64,000 bases of DNA from Chloroflexota bacterium (GTDB taxonomy: Bacteria; Chloroflexota; UBA6077; FW602-bin22; JAMCYS01): positions 6,581-70,580 of the forward strand of contig JAMCYS010000033.1 of the NCBI GenBank assembly GCA_023473795.1. The letters run 5' to 3'. Under the pieces are notes generated by a model. That model was not told the origin of the DNA. It ran no database searches and saw only the letters and a program-made list of their open reading frames with translations. Below are positions 1 to 8,436 of this stretch, in pieces. Both the position numbers and the translations under genes were made by a program. Positions within the stretch are counted from its first letter, which is position 1; every line of letters starts with the position of its first letter.

Positions 1-697
1 TGTACTCGCGGTCGTAGCGTCGTTGTACCGCCGGCCGGCAGGCCGGGCAATATCTCTCGCGGTGGCTCTCGGCCGTGAACGCCTGGCCGCACTCGGGACA
101 GACGACCTCGCGCGGTCGGTGCAGGCTGGCCTGGACGGCGGCCGGGATCTGACCCCGCAGCCGCTCCCGGTCCACCGCCTCGGGGTGCTCGGCATAGTAG
201 CGCCGCAGGCCGGCCGAAATCGCCTCTGGCGTAGATTTGTCCAAGCCAGCCAGGTTGCGCTGGCGGCGCCGCTCAGCCCTGGCCGGGTCGCCCGCGAACG
301 CCTCGCTCCGGTGCTGGCTCGCCTCGGGACGCAGGCCCTGCTCGATGGCCGTCACCGCCTCCGCCTTGTCCTCGGCCCAGCGCTGGCGGTCCTCGCCCCA
401 GTTGCGCAGCTTGCCCTGGGCGCGCAGGCGTTCGATGATCGGCGCCGTGGCCGCACGCAGGCGCTCGCGCATCGTCTCCGACACCAGCCGCGTCTGCCGG
501 TTGAGCCCGGCCCATTCGCGGTAGTCATCGGCCTCCAGGCCGTGGGCCAGGCGGGCGTGCTGAGCCAGGCTATGGCAATATCGGCCACAGGCGTGGCACA
601 GCAGTCGGCCATCCTCGTCGCGCTCGAGCCGGCCAACCTCGCCATAGGGTGAGGCCTCGACCAGGCTGGGGCAGGAGGGGCCACGCCGTCTAGTCAT
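1..697 (-). CDS. Ros/MucR-like zinc-finger protein with a C-terminal zinc ribbon (runs off the window edge)
   Basis: Not in the ORF track. Manual translation from ATG 697: MTRRRGPSC...LLCHACGRYCHSLAQHARLAHGLEADDYREWAGL... and later VCPECG...YCPAC. The start overlaps the stop of the upstream ORF. Confidence 0.7.
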   Translation of the reverse strand, partial: MTRRRGPSCPSLVEASPYGEVGRLERDEDGRLLCHACGRYCHSLAQHARLAHGLEADDYREWAGLNRQTRLVSETMRERLRAATAPIIERLRAQGKLRNWGEDRQRWAEDKAEAVTAIEQGLRPEASQHRSEAFAGDPARAERRRQRNLAGLDKSTPEAISAGLRRYYAEHPEAVDRERLRGQIPAAVQASLHRPREVVCPECGQAFTAESHRERYCPACRPAVQRRYDREY

Positions 698-908
698 CGG
701 GCTCCCCCGATCCGCTCTGGTCCGGCCGGGCCGTCGTGCCGTAGACGACTCTACCGGTGTTGTCTTTGAGAACGATGTCCGCCGAGTAATGGGCGCCACA
801 CTTGTCGCAAACCAGGCCCTCGTCACCCGGAACGAAGTGCCCGCAGTTGAGGCAGTCAAAGTTCACCCATAGATTTAGCCCGTCGAAATAGCCTTCTCGT
901 TCAGCCAT
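690..908 (-). CDS. Small phage Zn-ribbon protein
   Basis: CLNC...CDKC motifs; tightly packed in the operon. Confidence 0.6.
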   Translation of the reverse strand: MAEREGYFDGLNLWVNFDCLNCGHFVPGDEGLVCDKCGAHYSADIVLKDNTGRVVYGTTARPDQSGSGEPDD

Positions 909-925
909 TTTCTACCAGCTCGCCG

Positions 926-1090
926 CTAGGGCAGTAGGGTCTGGGCCACAGTGGTGGCGCTCGCCGAGACGATCGCCAGCGCGGCCAGTGCCACCAGGCC
1001 GACGTCGCCGCTGCCGCTGGCCCAGGCCAGCCCCACGGCACAGACCGCCGCCACTCCCAGCGCGATCGCGACCCTCTGCCAGCGTTTCAC
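926..1090 (-). CDS. Small hydrophobic membrane protein (54 aa)
   Basis: GTG start overlapping the upstream TGA (GTGA); VKRWQRVAIALGVAAVCAVGLAW...LVALAALAIVSA. Confidence 0.5.
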   Translation of the reverse strand: MKRWQRVAIALGVAAVCAVGLAWASGSGDVGLVALAALAIVSASATTVAQTLLP

Positions 1091-1233
1091 TTCCCCGCCT
1101 GCCTCCTACATTCCGCCCCGCAATAGGCGCACCCACACTCGCTATCGTACCAGACTACGCTCCCCGCGGGGAGCCAGCGCCGGCAGACGGCGCAGTACTG
1201 CCCCGCGTGGAGCCGCGCGCGATAGACGGCCAT
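1087..1233 (-). CDS. Small Cys-rich protein (48 aa)
   Basis: MAVYRARLHAGQYCAVCRRWLPAGSVVWYDSECGCAYCGAECRRQAGK; coupled to neighbours on both sides. Confidence 0.55.
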   Translation of the reverse strand: MAVYRARLHAGQYCAVCRRWLPAGSVVWYDSECGCAYCGAECRRQAGK

Positions 1234-1517
1234 TATCGGGGCCCTCCCCGCCCCGTTTTAGCTCTATCGCCACGGGTAAGATGGTCAATCTTCGCAAGGT
1301 TCCGCCCAGCGCGCACCAGGTTGTATACCGCGTAGCAGAGATTGAAGACTGCCCAGATTTGAAAGAAGATGGTCGCGGCGTTCAACCAGCCTCTAGGCGG
1401 GGGCGCGAACGGCAGTGCTTGCCCGATCAGCCAGGTGATAACAAGGCTGGCGACTGCGCCCCCAGCGATCACGGCCATACACTCCCTGTATTCGCTGAGC
1501 CACGTCTTGATCCTCAT
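1233..1517 (-). CDS. Phage membrane protein
   Basis: Two hydrophobic segments; GGAGG RBS upstream. Confidence 0.6.
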   Translation of the reverse strand: MRIKTWLSEYRECMAVIAGGAVASLVITWLIGQALPFAPPPRGWLNAATIFFQIWAVFNLCYAVYNLVRAGRNLAKIDHLTRGDRAKTGRGGPR

Positions 1518-1532
1518 TGCTGTTATTCCTCC

Positions 1533-1916
1533 CTACACCGGCCGCGGCCGGCGCGGCCGCGGCAGCAACAATTGATTCTTGGCCAGCCGCTCCGGACCGG
1601 GCAGGGCCCTCACCCGGACCACTAGGTTCAGCGGATCCGTGCGATCGACATGCAGGCTGTAGGAGGCCTCGCACTGACCACAGACCAGCATCGCGCTCCC
1701 CGTGAGCACGGCGCCGGCGCCGCCGCACTCGCAGGAGACGAGCAGCCGCGGGATCACCGGCGGCCGCCCCTCCTCGCTGTGCAGGTTCAGAGTCATCTCG
1801 AGCGGCCGGTCGAGCTTCTCAAACTTGTACTCCCTGAGCAACTGAGCGAAGGCGAAGTCGACGAAGACGGGCGCCGGGCCCGCCGTCGACATCGGCTCTC
1901 CATTACCGTCTGTCAT
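1533..1916 (-). CDS. Phage hypothetical protein with CxC/CxxC motifs
   Basis: ATG 1916 after a purine-rich RBS; operon packing. Confidence 0.55.
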   Translation of the reverse strand: MTDGNGEPMSTAGPAPVFVDFAFAQLLREYKFEKLDRPLEMTLNLHSEEGRPPVIPRLLVSCECGGAGAVLTGSAMLVCGQCEASYSLHVDRTDPLNLVVRVRALPGPERLAKNQLLLPRPRRPRPV

Positions 1917-2127
1917 TTCTTCCCCCTCTACGCAGTCGCCTCCGGACAACGACGACCTCCTCGTCCCCGAAGCGGACCAGCATCGAGCCGTTGCGGCCGC
2001 AAATGCACGTCTTACCACCAGGCGTGAAGATCGCCTCGCAGCGCCGGCCCACCAGGTCGGAGCGCGTGCGGCCCTGCACCGGGTTGGTCTTGCTGGGAGC
2101 CGTGCCGAGGTAGACGTACTCGCGCAT
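1903..2127 (-). CDS. Phage hypothetical protein
   Basis: MREYVYLG...; start overlaps the upstream stop (TGATG). Confidence 0.5.
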   Translation of the reverse strand: MREYVYLGTAPSKTNPVQGRTRSDLVGRRCEAIFTPGGKTCICGRNGSMLVRFGDEEVVVVRRRLRRGGRNDRR

Positions 2128-2453
2128 CAGGCCCACCGGATGGCCACGAGGTTGTTGGCGACCACCCAGCCGTACCCCGCCACGGCGACGATGGCGCCCA
2201 GGGGCAGCAAGGCATCTATTGGTTTGTTGTCCTTTCCCCACGGTGCCCACCCGGCCGGCAGTGCGCCAGCGCGCATCAGCGGTCCCGTCACCAGGTCCTG
2301 AATTGCGAACAGACACGCCTCATCGGGAAACCTCTTGCTGGCGTGGATGGCCACCAGCCCCCGGTACGACGTCGACCAGGACCGCGTCTCGATCCGCTTG
2401 GCGCCGATCGCCACGAGGCTGGCCCAGGGCTGGGTCAGAGAGAGCGCTTTCAC
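2127..2453 (-). CDS. ASCH-domain protein (short, C-terminal part apparently missing)
   Basis: KALSLTQPWASLVAIGAKRIETRSW...YRG..AIHAS, the ASCH signature. Confidence 0.8.
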   Translation of the reverse strand: MKALSLTQPWASLVAIGAKRIETRSWSTSYRGLVAIHASKRFPDEACLFAIQDLVTGPLMRAGALPAGWAPWGKDNKPIDALLPLGAIVAVAGYGWVVANNLVAIRWA

Positions 2454-2662
2454 GGCTGGGCCTTCTCTCTCCGCGATCGGTCGTGCCGGCGTTGGCACTC
2501 GGCGCAGCGCTTCCAGTAGAGCGAGTCGCCCGTCTCGAACTCGTCGCCGAGATACAGCCACTTGCCACAGAGGCTCCTACCGTCCGGCCCGATGTAGTGC
2601 AGCCTGCCGGCGCCGTCGATCCGGGCCCAGCCTTGGCCCCGGGCGGCCTTCTTGTCGGCCAT
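2450..2662 (-). CDS. Small phage protein with His/Cys metal-binding motif
   Basis: HY...SLCGK...CAEC. Confidence 0.55.
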   Translation of the reverse strand: MADKKAARGQGWARIDGAGRLHYIGPDGRSLCGKWLYLGDEFETGDSLYWKRCAECQRRHDRSRREKAQP

Positions 2663-3117
2663 CAGTTCATCCTCCCGGCGGCGCTCACCGCCGCCAATTT
2701 GGCCTCGATCTCCGCGTCCAGGGCGCGCTGCTCGACCCGCCAGCCGGCGAGCCAGTCCGTCAGCAGCTCGTTCATGACTCCGGGCGCGCTGTCCCAGTAG
2801 ACGACGGGCAGGCAGACCCGGTCCGCCTCGAGCAGCTCGCGGCGCGTGCCCTCGGAGCGCATGGCCACGGGCTCGGGCACGCAGCAGACCACCAGGTCGC
2901 CACGCCGCAGCAGATCCAGCGCCGCCTCGAGCAACGTCTGTTCGGGTACGATTACCTCCAGGCCGCCCGTGTTGAGGTGAGGCACAATTACGGCGAAGCC
3001 CAGGCGCAGCAGGGCCACGCCCACTAGGTGGGCGTGCCGGACGTTGGCGGCGACGCGCTCTGGACGGTCGTCGCGGTAGGGGCCGCAGACATAGGCGACC
3101 GGTTTCGGTTCGGCCAT
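2662..3117 (-). CDS. DUF4406/DUF1937-like (nucleoside deoxyribosyltransferase-fold) phage protein
   Basis: AYVCGPY...PH...DL...D.V...SEG.RRE..EA motif pattern. Confidence 0.65.
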   Translation of the reverse strand: MAEPKPVAYVCGPYRDDRPERVAANVRHAHLVGVALLRLGFAVIVPHLNTGGLEVIVPEQTLLEAALDLLRRGDLVVCCVPEPVAMRSEGTRRELLEADRVCLPVVYWDSAPGVMNELLTDWLAGWRVEQRALDAEIEAKLAAVSAAGRMN

Positions 3118-3131
3118 TGGTTCTGGACCTC

Positions 3132-3995
3132 CTAGCCAGGTTGGAGAGCCTCCGGGGAGCGCTCCCAGGGCCGCGTTTCCAGCCAGCGGCGGGCGGACAC
3201 GTGACTGCGTCCCAGCCGACCCGGTGGCTTCCGCGCCAGGGCCGCCGCCGCCGCGATCAGCCATTCGTCGAGCCCCGGCGGCCCGGCAGTTATGGCACGT
3301 TGCCAGGCCTCAAACTCTCGTTGTTCGGGCCCCTGGTGGCTCGGATAGAACGTCCTGAACTGTAAGTACTTGGGGGGGCGACTTTGCGGCGCCGCACTGT
3401 CTGTACTCATGTCTTTAATTCTCATGTCTGTCATGTCTTTAATCTTCGCAGCTTCATTTTGAAGCTGCTGGCAGCTTACTTTTGAAGCTGCTGGATCCGG
3501 CAGCAGCTTCATTTCTAAGCTGCTGAGCAGCTTCATTTTGAAGCTGCTGCCGTTTTCATCCTCCTCCACCAGCAGCTCACTTTTGAAGCTGCTATCCTCT
3601 TCTGGAGGAGGCTCAGCCTCCGCCAGACCGTCGTCCGCCGCCGGCAAGGACAGCTGGGTGCCGGGCGCCGTGGCGCGCAGGCGGTAAACGTAGGTGCCGT
3701 GGGCCACCCGCCGCAGCCGCTCCAGCACCTGGTGCTCCAGCGCCAGGTGGAGGCCTCGCTGCACCGCCGCCCGGCTGAGGCCCGTCATCTGGCAGAGCAG
3801 CGTATCGCTCATCGGGCAGCAGTCGCGCCGCCAGCCGAGGGTCAACCGCAGCGCCGCCAACACGACCTTGATCTCGGCGCCCGTCATCCGCGGCAGGCCC
3901 TCGTCGAAGATCTCGTTGGGCACCTTGACGAAGCCCCGACCGTTGGCGATGCCGACGAACTTCCACTCCTCGTCAGCCATGGCCAGCACCGGCAC
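3132..3995 (-). CDS. Phage replication initiator (lambda O-like N-terminal wHTH)
   Basis: FVKVPNEIFD...EIKVVLA.LR.TLGW...MTGLSRAAVQRG; internal DNA repeats; exact start uncertain. Confidence 0.8.
   Translation of the reverse strand: MPVLAMADEEWKFVGIANGRGFVKVPNEIFDEGLPRMTGAEIKVVLAALRLTLGWRRDCCPMSDTLLCQMTGLSRAAVQRGLHLALEHQVLERLRRVAHGTYVYRLRATAPGTQLSLPAADDGLAEAEPPPEEDSSFKSELLVEEDENGSSFKMKLLSSLEMKLLPDPAASKVSCQQLQNEAAKIKDMTDMRIKDMSTDSAAPQSRPPKYLQFRTFYPSHQGPEQREFEAWQRAITAGPPGLDEWLIAAAAALARKPPGRLGRSHVSARRWLETRPWERSPEALQPG
3406..3593. repeat. Phage origin: five palindromic iterons (GCAGCTTCA-TTT-TGAAGCTGC consensus) plus AT-rich CATGTCTTTAAT repeats
   Basis: Copies begin near 3448, 3471, 3503, 3527 and 3573 inside the initiator gene, as in the lambda ori. 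Confidence 0.8.
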
Positions 3996-4037
3996 CCCCT
4001 TGTAGTCGATGTAGTCGATCGGACACCGCGGGCGACA

Positions 4038-4682
4038 CTAGGCCAGGGCCTCGGCGAGGACCGCGGCCGGCTCCTCGACGACGTCGGGCGACGGCTCCGG
4101 CGCTGATGACTCGGCGGCCGCCGTCTTGGCTCTGTTACGGTGATACCACTCGCGACTGTACCGCCGTTGGTGCTCGCGCGCCTCGTCGCTCGGGCCGTTC
4201 TTCTCGCTCGGCCCGGCAGCCGCCGGCGGCGCTTCTCCGGAACAGAGCTCGGCGACCGTCGCGTCGTGCTGCGCCTTGGCCAGCAGCAAGGCCGTCAGCG
4301 ACGCCGCGCGCTGCTCCGCCAGTTGGCGCTCTCTGGCGACCGCGGTCCGCCAGTCTTCGTCGAGCACCGTGTACGTCCAGAGGGCGTGTTGATAGGCGGA
4401 GAGCGTTTCTTCCATCGGCGTCCGGGCCGGCCGCTGGTTGTCCGGCCGCGGCGAAGGCGCCGGCTTGCTCTCCGCCCCCCAGGGCTTCGGCGGCCGCGAG
4501 ACGTCGACGACGTCGTCCGCCGCGCGAGTACTCGTTCTCGGGCTCACGTCAATTGCCTCCCCTTCCCAGCCGCAACGGATGCACACGGGCACTCGCTTGC
4601 GGAGATCTTCCAGATAGTGCTGGTAGATGACCGCGCCGTGGCAACCGGGCCGCGGGCAGGTCCCGATCATGCGAGTGGTCAT
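4038..4682 (-). CDS. Phage protein with N-terminal Zn ribbon
   Basis: CPRPGC...CIRC; overlaps the upstream stop. Confidence 0.6.
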   Translation of the reverse strand: MTTRMIGTCPRPGCHGAVIYQHYLEDLRKRVPVCIRCGWEGEAIDVSPRTSTRAADDVVDVSRPPKPWGAESKPAPSPRPDNQRPARTPMEETLSAYQHALWTYTVLDEDWRTAVARERQLAEQRAASLTALLLAKAQHDATVAELCSGEAPPAAAGPSEKNGPSDEAREHQRRYSREWYHRNRAKTAAAESSAPEPSPDVVEEPAAVLAEALA

Positions 4683-5011
4683 CGATTAACCCCCCTCGTT
4701 GTAGGGGGCGAGGCGCCCAGCCAGCGCGGGTCGACCAGCTGGCCGCGGTCGCGCATCGTCGTGCCGCAGTCCGAGCAGACCCGCGCCTCGGCCTGGGTGA
4801 CGGCGCCGTCGAGGTTGGTCAGTCTTCCCACCATCTCGACCTTGCCCTTGCCGCAGACCTGGCAGCGCTGGAAAAACACCCGCTTGGCGCGAACCCTGGG
4901 TTCGCGCCAGAAGGCGAACGGCGACGCCATCTCGAGGATCGGCGCGACCTCCTCGTCCATGGTTCGCAGGTTGCCCGACGCCGGCTGGCGCTTAGACGAT
5001 GACCGGGACAT
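4679..5011 (-). CDS. Phage Zn-ribbon protein
   Basis: CQVC...CSDC. Confidence 0.55.
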   Translation of the reverse strand: MSRSSSKRQPASGNLRTMDEEVAPILEMASPFAFWREPRVRAKRVFFQRCQVCGKGKVEMVGRLTNLDGAVTQAEARVCSDCGTTMRDRGQLVDPRWLGASPPTTRGVNR

Positions 5012-5387
5012 GGGCGGCGGCCTCCTCTCGCGGGCAGACGTGGCCCTCGATCTCCTCGAGGAGGACGCCGATCTGCTCCTGAGTGGTGATGGGTTGGGAG
5101 CGGGTCACCTGGTGGCAGCGCGGACAGCGCCAGCCGCCGATGAGGTCATAGTCGCAGGGGCCCACCGGGTCGGGGCCCAATTCGAGGTAGAACGTGACGC
5201 CGTCGGCCACGGCGTAGGGCCGGCCCTGGGCGTCGGGCCGGATCGCCGGCCAGCGGCGCAGCAAGCTGGCGAGGAGCAGCCGCAGCACGTGGGCGCGCTC
5301 GTCGTAGGTCACCTGTTCGCGGGGCAGCGTCTCCGCCTCGCGCCTTCGGTAGGCATCTAGGGCGCGGGCTTTCCAGTCGGTCACCAC
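4992..5387 (-). CDS. Phage hypothetical protein
   Basis: GTG start just after the upstream stop; CPRC...HVC motif. Confidence 0.55.
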   Translation of the reverse strand: MVTDWKARALDAYRRREAETLPREQVTYDERAHVLRLLLASLLRRWPAIRPDAQGRPYAVADGVTFYLELGPDPVGPCDYDLIGGWRCPRCHQVTRSQPITTQEQIGVLLEEIEGHVCPREEAAAHVPVIV

Positions 5388-5388
5388 G

Positions 5389-5697
5389 TCATGGCCCCGG
5401 AAACCAAGCGGAGACGAGCAGGAAGAGCCCCAGCCAGGCCAGGAAGGCGACGCCGCCGAGGACGAAGCGGGCGATTTCGTGCAGCCAGGGCGAGAGACGC
5501 GGCGCCCGGAGCTGCGGCAGCGGCTTGGCCAGCCCCCGCGAGACCTGGCGGCGAGAGTGGACGCAGGTCTGGGGTCGATACTCGCAGACCTTGGCGTAGG
5601 CACAGTAGCGCTGGCAAAGCCGCCGCGCCGCCTCGTAGTAGGACTGGTCGTACTGACATTCGGGCGCGATCTGGTAGGGACGCGGTTGCGTGGTCAA
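5389..5697 (-). CDS. Cys-rich protein with C-terminal TM helix
   Basis: TTG start after GGAGG; C-terminal FVLGGVAFLAWLGLFLLVSAWF. Confidence 0.55.
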   Translation of the reverse strand: MTTQPRPYQIAPECQYDQSYYEAARRLCQRYCAYAKVCEYRPQTCVHSRRQVSRGLAKPLPQLRAPRLSPWLHEIARFVLGGVAFLAWLGLFLLVSAWFPGP

Positions 5698-5808
5698 TGG
5701 GCACCTCCTTGACACCACCCCAGCCACGGGAGAATAGGGCCGTGAGCGGCCCCTCCGCGGGGGTCTAAGCGGGCGGCAGTGTTGACGGCACCGGCCGCCC
5801 GCTGTCGT

Positions 5809-6048
5809 TTACGCCGCCTTACGGAGGCTCCGCAAGGCCGTCGTCTCCTCCGCCAGCCGCTGGGCGACGGCCCGCAGCCGCCGGATCTCCAGCAGCAGGC
5901 ACTCCTCCTGGCGTGGGCAGTCCGCCGCCACCGTCGCGCCCCGCCGGGGGCGCCGAGCGGCGCTTGCCCCGGCCATACGGCGGTCGATCGAGAGCGAGCC
6001 CGCCTGCACCTCCACCGCCAGTTCGTCCGCGCCTAGTTTTCGTGGCAT
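5809..6048 (-). CDS. Phage hypothetical protein with C-terminal coiled coil
   Basis: ATG after AAGGAGG. Confidence 0.5.
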   Translation of the reverse strand: MPRKLGADELAVEVQAGSLSIDRRMAGASAARRPRRGATVAADCPRQEECLLLEIRRLRAVAQRLAEETTALRSLRKAA

Positions 6049-6278
6049 ATCCCCTCCTTTCCGTGGGGGACGTTCTCTCAGTTCAGATTCACCCTCATCG
6101 GGTGCACCAGGCATACGGGGCAGCGCCGGTCGACCAGCCAGAGCGAGAGGTCGGCGCACCCCGGCAGCCGCTGGGCCCAGACGTCGAGGCGTCTCTCGGC
6201 CTCGATCGCCAGCTGCGGGCCCATCGGCATACGTCCAGCCATCAAACCCTCCCCGTTCCCGTAGGGGCGAGCGTCCCC

Positions 6279-6306
6279 GTAGGGGCGACCGGCCGGTCGC
6301 CCCTAC
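6279..6306. repeat. GTAG-family REP-like perfect palindrome GTAGGGGCGACCGGCCGGTCGCCCCTAC, with a partial copy at 6261
   Basis: 28-bp perfect inverted repeat with GTAG ends. Confidence 0.7.
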
Positions 6307-6529
6307 TTGCCCGCCTTGCCCAGCTCGTAACCGCCCTTGATGGCCGCGCCCAGCGCGGCGAACAGCAGCCCGCAGATCAGCAGTGGTGTCATAGTGGTTT
6401 CCTCCTCTCCGGGCCCGCTCAACGCCGCCAGCGGCGCCCTAACCAGGCCCATAACTCCAGCCAGAACCAGCCCAGGGCAAAGCCCAACAGCATCCAGGGC
6501 AGCAGCGGCAGCATCCCCGACCAGCCCAC

Positions 6530-6979
6530 CTAGCCCCTCCCCACCGGCAGCAGGCGCAGCGTCGTCACCGTCGTCACTATTACGTCAACCGCTCCCCCCT
6601 CGCCGGGGTGGACCTCCACCGTCTGGCGGGTCCCTTCGCCGCGCTCGGGGCAGGCTGTCCCCGCCCCCGCCGGCTCGGCGGCCGGCGACTGGCCGCGTTT
6701 CCAGGCCTCGTAGACGGCGCGCAGCACGCGCCAGCGGCGCTCGCCGACGCGCTCGCCGGGCAGGTGTTTGGCGGCGAGGCGCGTGTAGACCGTCGACTCG
6801 CTGATCCCCAGGTCGCGGGCGATCTCCGGCGCCTCTATGTAGACCTCCTCAAAGGTCGGCACGCGCAGCGCCGGCCAGGGCGCCGGCGGCGGTGGCTTGG
6901 GCTTGCGGCCGGCCTTAGCACGCCTGCCCTGCCGGCGCTCGGCCGCTAATGGGACAAGAGTATCCACGGTCGCCGACAT
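6530..6979 (-). CDS. Excisionase-like HTH (HTH_17/MerR-like) DNA-binding protein
   Basis: EIARDLGISESTVYTRLAAKHLPGERVGERRWRV. Confidence 0.75.
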   Translation of the reverse strand: MSATVDTLVPLAAERRQGRRAKAGRKPKPPPPAPWPALRVPTFEEVYIEAPEIARDLGISESTVYTRLAAKHLPGERVGERRWRVLRAVYEAWKRGQSPAAEPAGAGTACPERGEGTRQTVEVHPGEGGAVDVIVTTVTTLRLLPVGRG

Positions 6980-6989
6980 ATGGAGCCTC

Positions 6990-7520
6990 CTAGGTCCGCG
7001 CTTGGGGCGCGAAGGTGGAAATGTAGTCGCGGTACTCCAGGACCAGCGCCAGCCAGTCCCGCAGCGACCAGTCGGGGTTGTAGTGGCAAAAGGTCCCCAC
7101 GCTGCCCCCGCACCAAGCCTCGTAGTCGTGGGTATTGACCTTCAGGCGCTTGAGCCATTCGGTCATCACTTTGGGGTCGAGGGGCGTCGTGGAGTAGGGT
7201 AGGGTGATGCCCGCCTGCTCGGCCAGCTGGCGGCGGGCATCTTCCACCGCGCGTTCGTTCCAGAACGGCGAGCCGCGCAGCATCTTCTGGCGCTCGCCGA
7301 TCAGGTCGCGCCGCCGCTTCTCATCGTCCGCCGCCGCCTTGGCGTTAGCGGATCGCGCTTGGTTGGCAGCACGGGCGCCAACTTTGCGGTCGGTCTCGGT
7401 CAGAGCATGCTGCTGCCGATCTTGTAAATCTCGGGCCCTGGCGCTGGGATAATCAAGCGTCAAGTAGCCATTTTCGGCCCCGTTTTCGGGGGGGTGGTAT
7501 GTAGAGACCTGAGGGCTCAA
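6990..7520 (-). CDS. Phage early hypothetical protein
   Basis: TTG start 7520 after AAGGAGG; globular-looking C-terminus. Confidence 0.6.
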   Translation of the reverse strand: MSPQVSTYHPPENGAENGYLTLDYPSARARDLQDRQQHALTETDRKVGARAANQARSANAKAAADDEKRRRDLIGERQKMLRGSPFWNERAVEDARRQLAEQAGITLPYSTTPLDPKVMTEWLKRLKVNTHDYEAWCGGSVGTFCHYNPDWSLRDWLALVLEYRDYISTFAPQART

Positions 7521-7628
7521 TTTCCGGCCTCCTTGGCGTCCTGACGCGCTACAGGGCACGTTGTAGGGATTGGCTGATAGAACACGCAGCGTGCTCGTAA
7601 TATCGGGCACTCCAAGGCAAAACAAAAA

Positions 7629-7823
7629 CTACGCCGCGACTACCTGGTCCATCGGGAGGTTCAGAGCATCGGCAACTCGCTTGAGTGTCTTGGTACCCAG
7701 CTGCTTGCCAAGCTCTAAGCGGCATATCGTCGAGACGTGTACCCCAACGCGCCCGGCCAGGTCGCTCTGCGTCATGCCCTGTTGGATTCGCGCTATTTTC
7801 AACGCCTCTGTGTTGATCCTCAT
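7629..7823 (-). CDS. Cro-like XRE HTH regulator
   Basis: LKIARIQQGMTQSDLAGRVGVHVSTICRLELG; divergent from the CI-like gene. Confidence 0.85.
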   Translation of the reverse strand: MRINTEALKIARIQQGMTQSDLAGRVGVHVSTICRLELGKQLGTKTLKRVADALNLPMDQVVAA

Positions 7824-7865
7824 ACGTTTTCCCTCCGAGGGCTGTCTGTCCGATATATCAAGCAC

Positions 7866-7954
7866 ATGGTACGTAGCTTCGCGCTCTCTGTCAAGCGTTT
7901 TTTGCGCGGGTTTTCGTGCAATTTTGTGCCAATTCAGCCTAGCGCTCCTATAAT
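7866..7954. promoter_or_regulatory. Divergent lysis/lysogeny promoters
   Basis: Minus strand TTGACA-17-TACCAT (7894-7866) toward cro; plus strand TATAAT at 7949-7954 toward cI. Confidence 0.65.
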
Positions 7955-7983
7955 CAGCCAAGGAGCAGTCGTCTGGGGGGCGT

Positions 7984-8433
7984 ATGTCGGAGGGCCAAGA
8001 GACTTTCGGCCAACACATCAGGCGAGCGAGACTGCGACTCGGCTACAGCGTGCGGAAGGTAGAACTGCTCACGTCTCGCCTGCCCGAGGAGCAGCGGGTC
8101 TCTAATTCCTACCTCTCACAGGTCGAGCGGGACGAAGTGCCTCCCCCATCGCCAGCGAAAATCATGGGTCTGTCGAAGGTGTTGAGCCTTGACTATGAGG
8201 ATCTGATGCGGCGAGCAGGACATCTTCCTGGAGAGCGTGTTGAGGACATTGCCTTGCCCGTCGGTGTCGATCTCTCCGATCCCAACCTGCGCCTCACTTT
8301 GCAGAAATTGGCCGAGCTGCCCCCCGAGGACAGGGCCGAGTTTCTCCGCATGATAACGCCCCTGCTTGACCAGGCGCGCGATCTACAGCGTATGCGGGCG
8401 GAGCGTCGCCGCCAGAGGGAGGGCCAAGGATAG
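7984..8433 (+). CDS. CI/ImmR-like XRE repressor
   Basis: FGQHIRRARLRLGYSVR...SNSYLSQVER...PSP; no S24 autopeptidase domain, consistent with cleavage by ImmA. Confidence 0.85.
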   Translation: MSEGQETFGQHIRRARLRLGYSVRKVELLTSRLPEEQRVSNSYLSQVERDEVPPPSPAKIMGLSKVLSLDYEDLMRRAGHLPGERVEDIALPVGVDLSDPNLRLTLQKLAELPPEDRAEFLRMITPLLDQARDLQRMRAERRRQREGQG

Positions 8434-8436
8434 AGG

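Noticed and set aside
23-652. Long plus-strand ORF and similar antisense ORFs (e.g. 4140-5360, 18347-19585, 36827-38140, 49957-51219)
   Set aside because: Shadow frames of real high-GC genes on the opposite strand; no motifs
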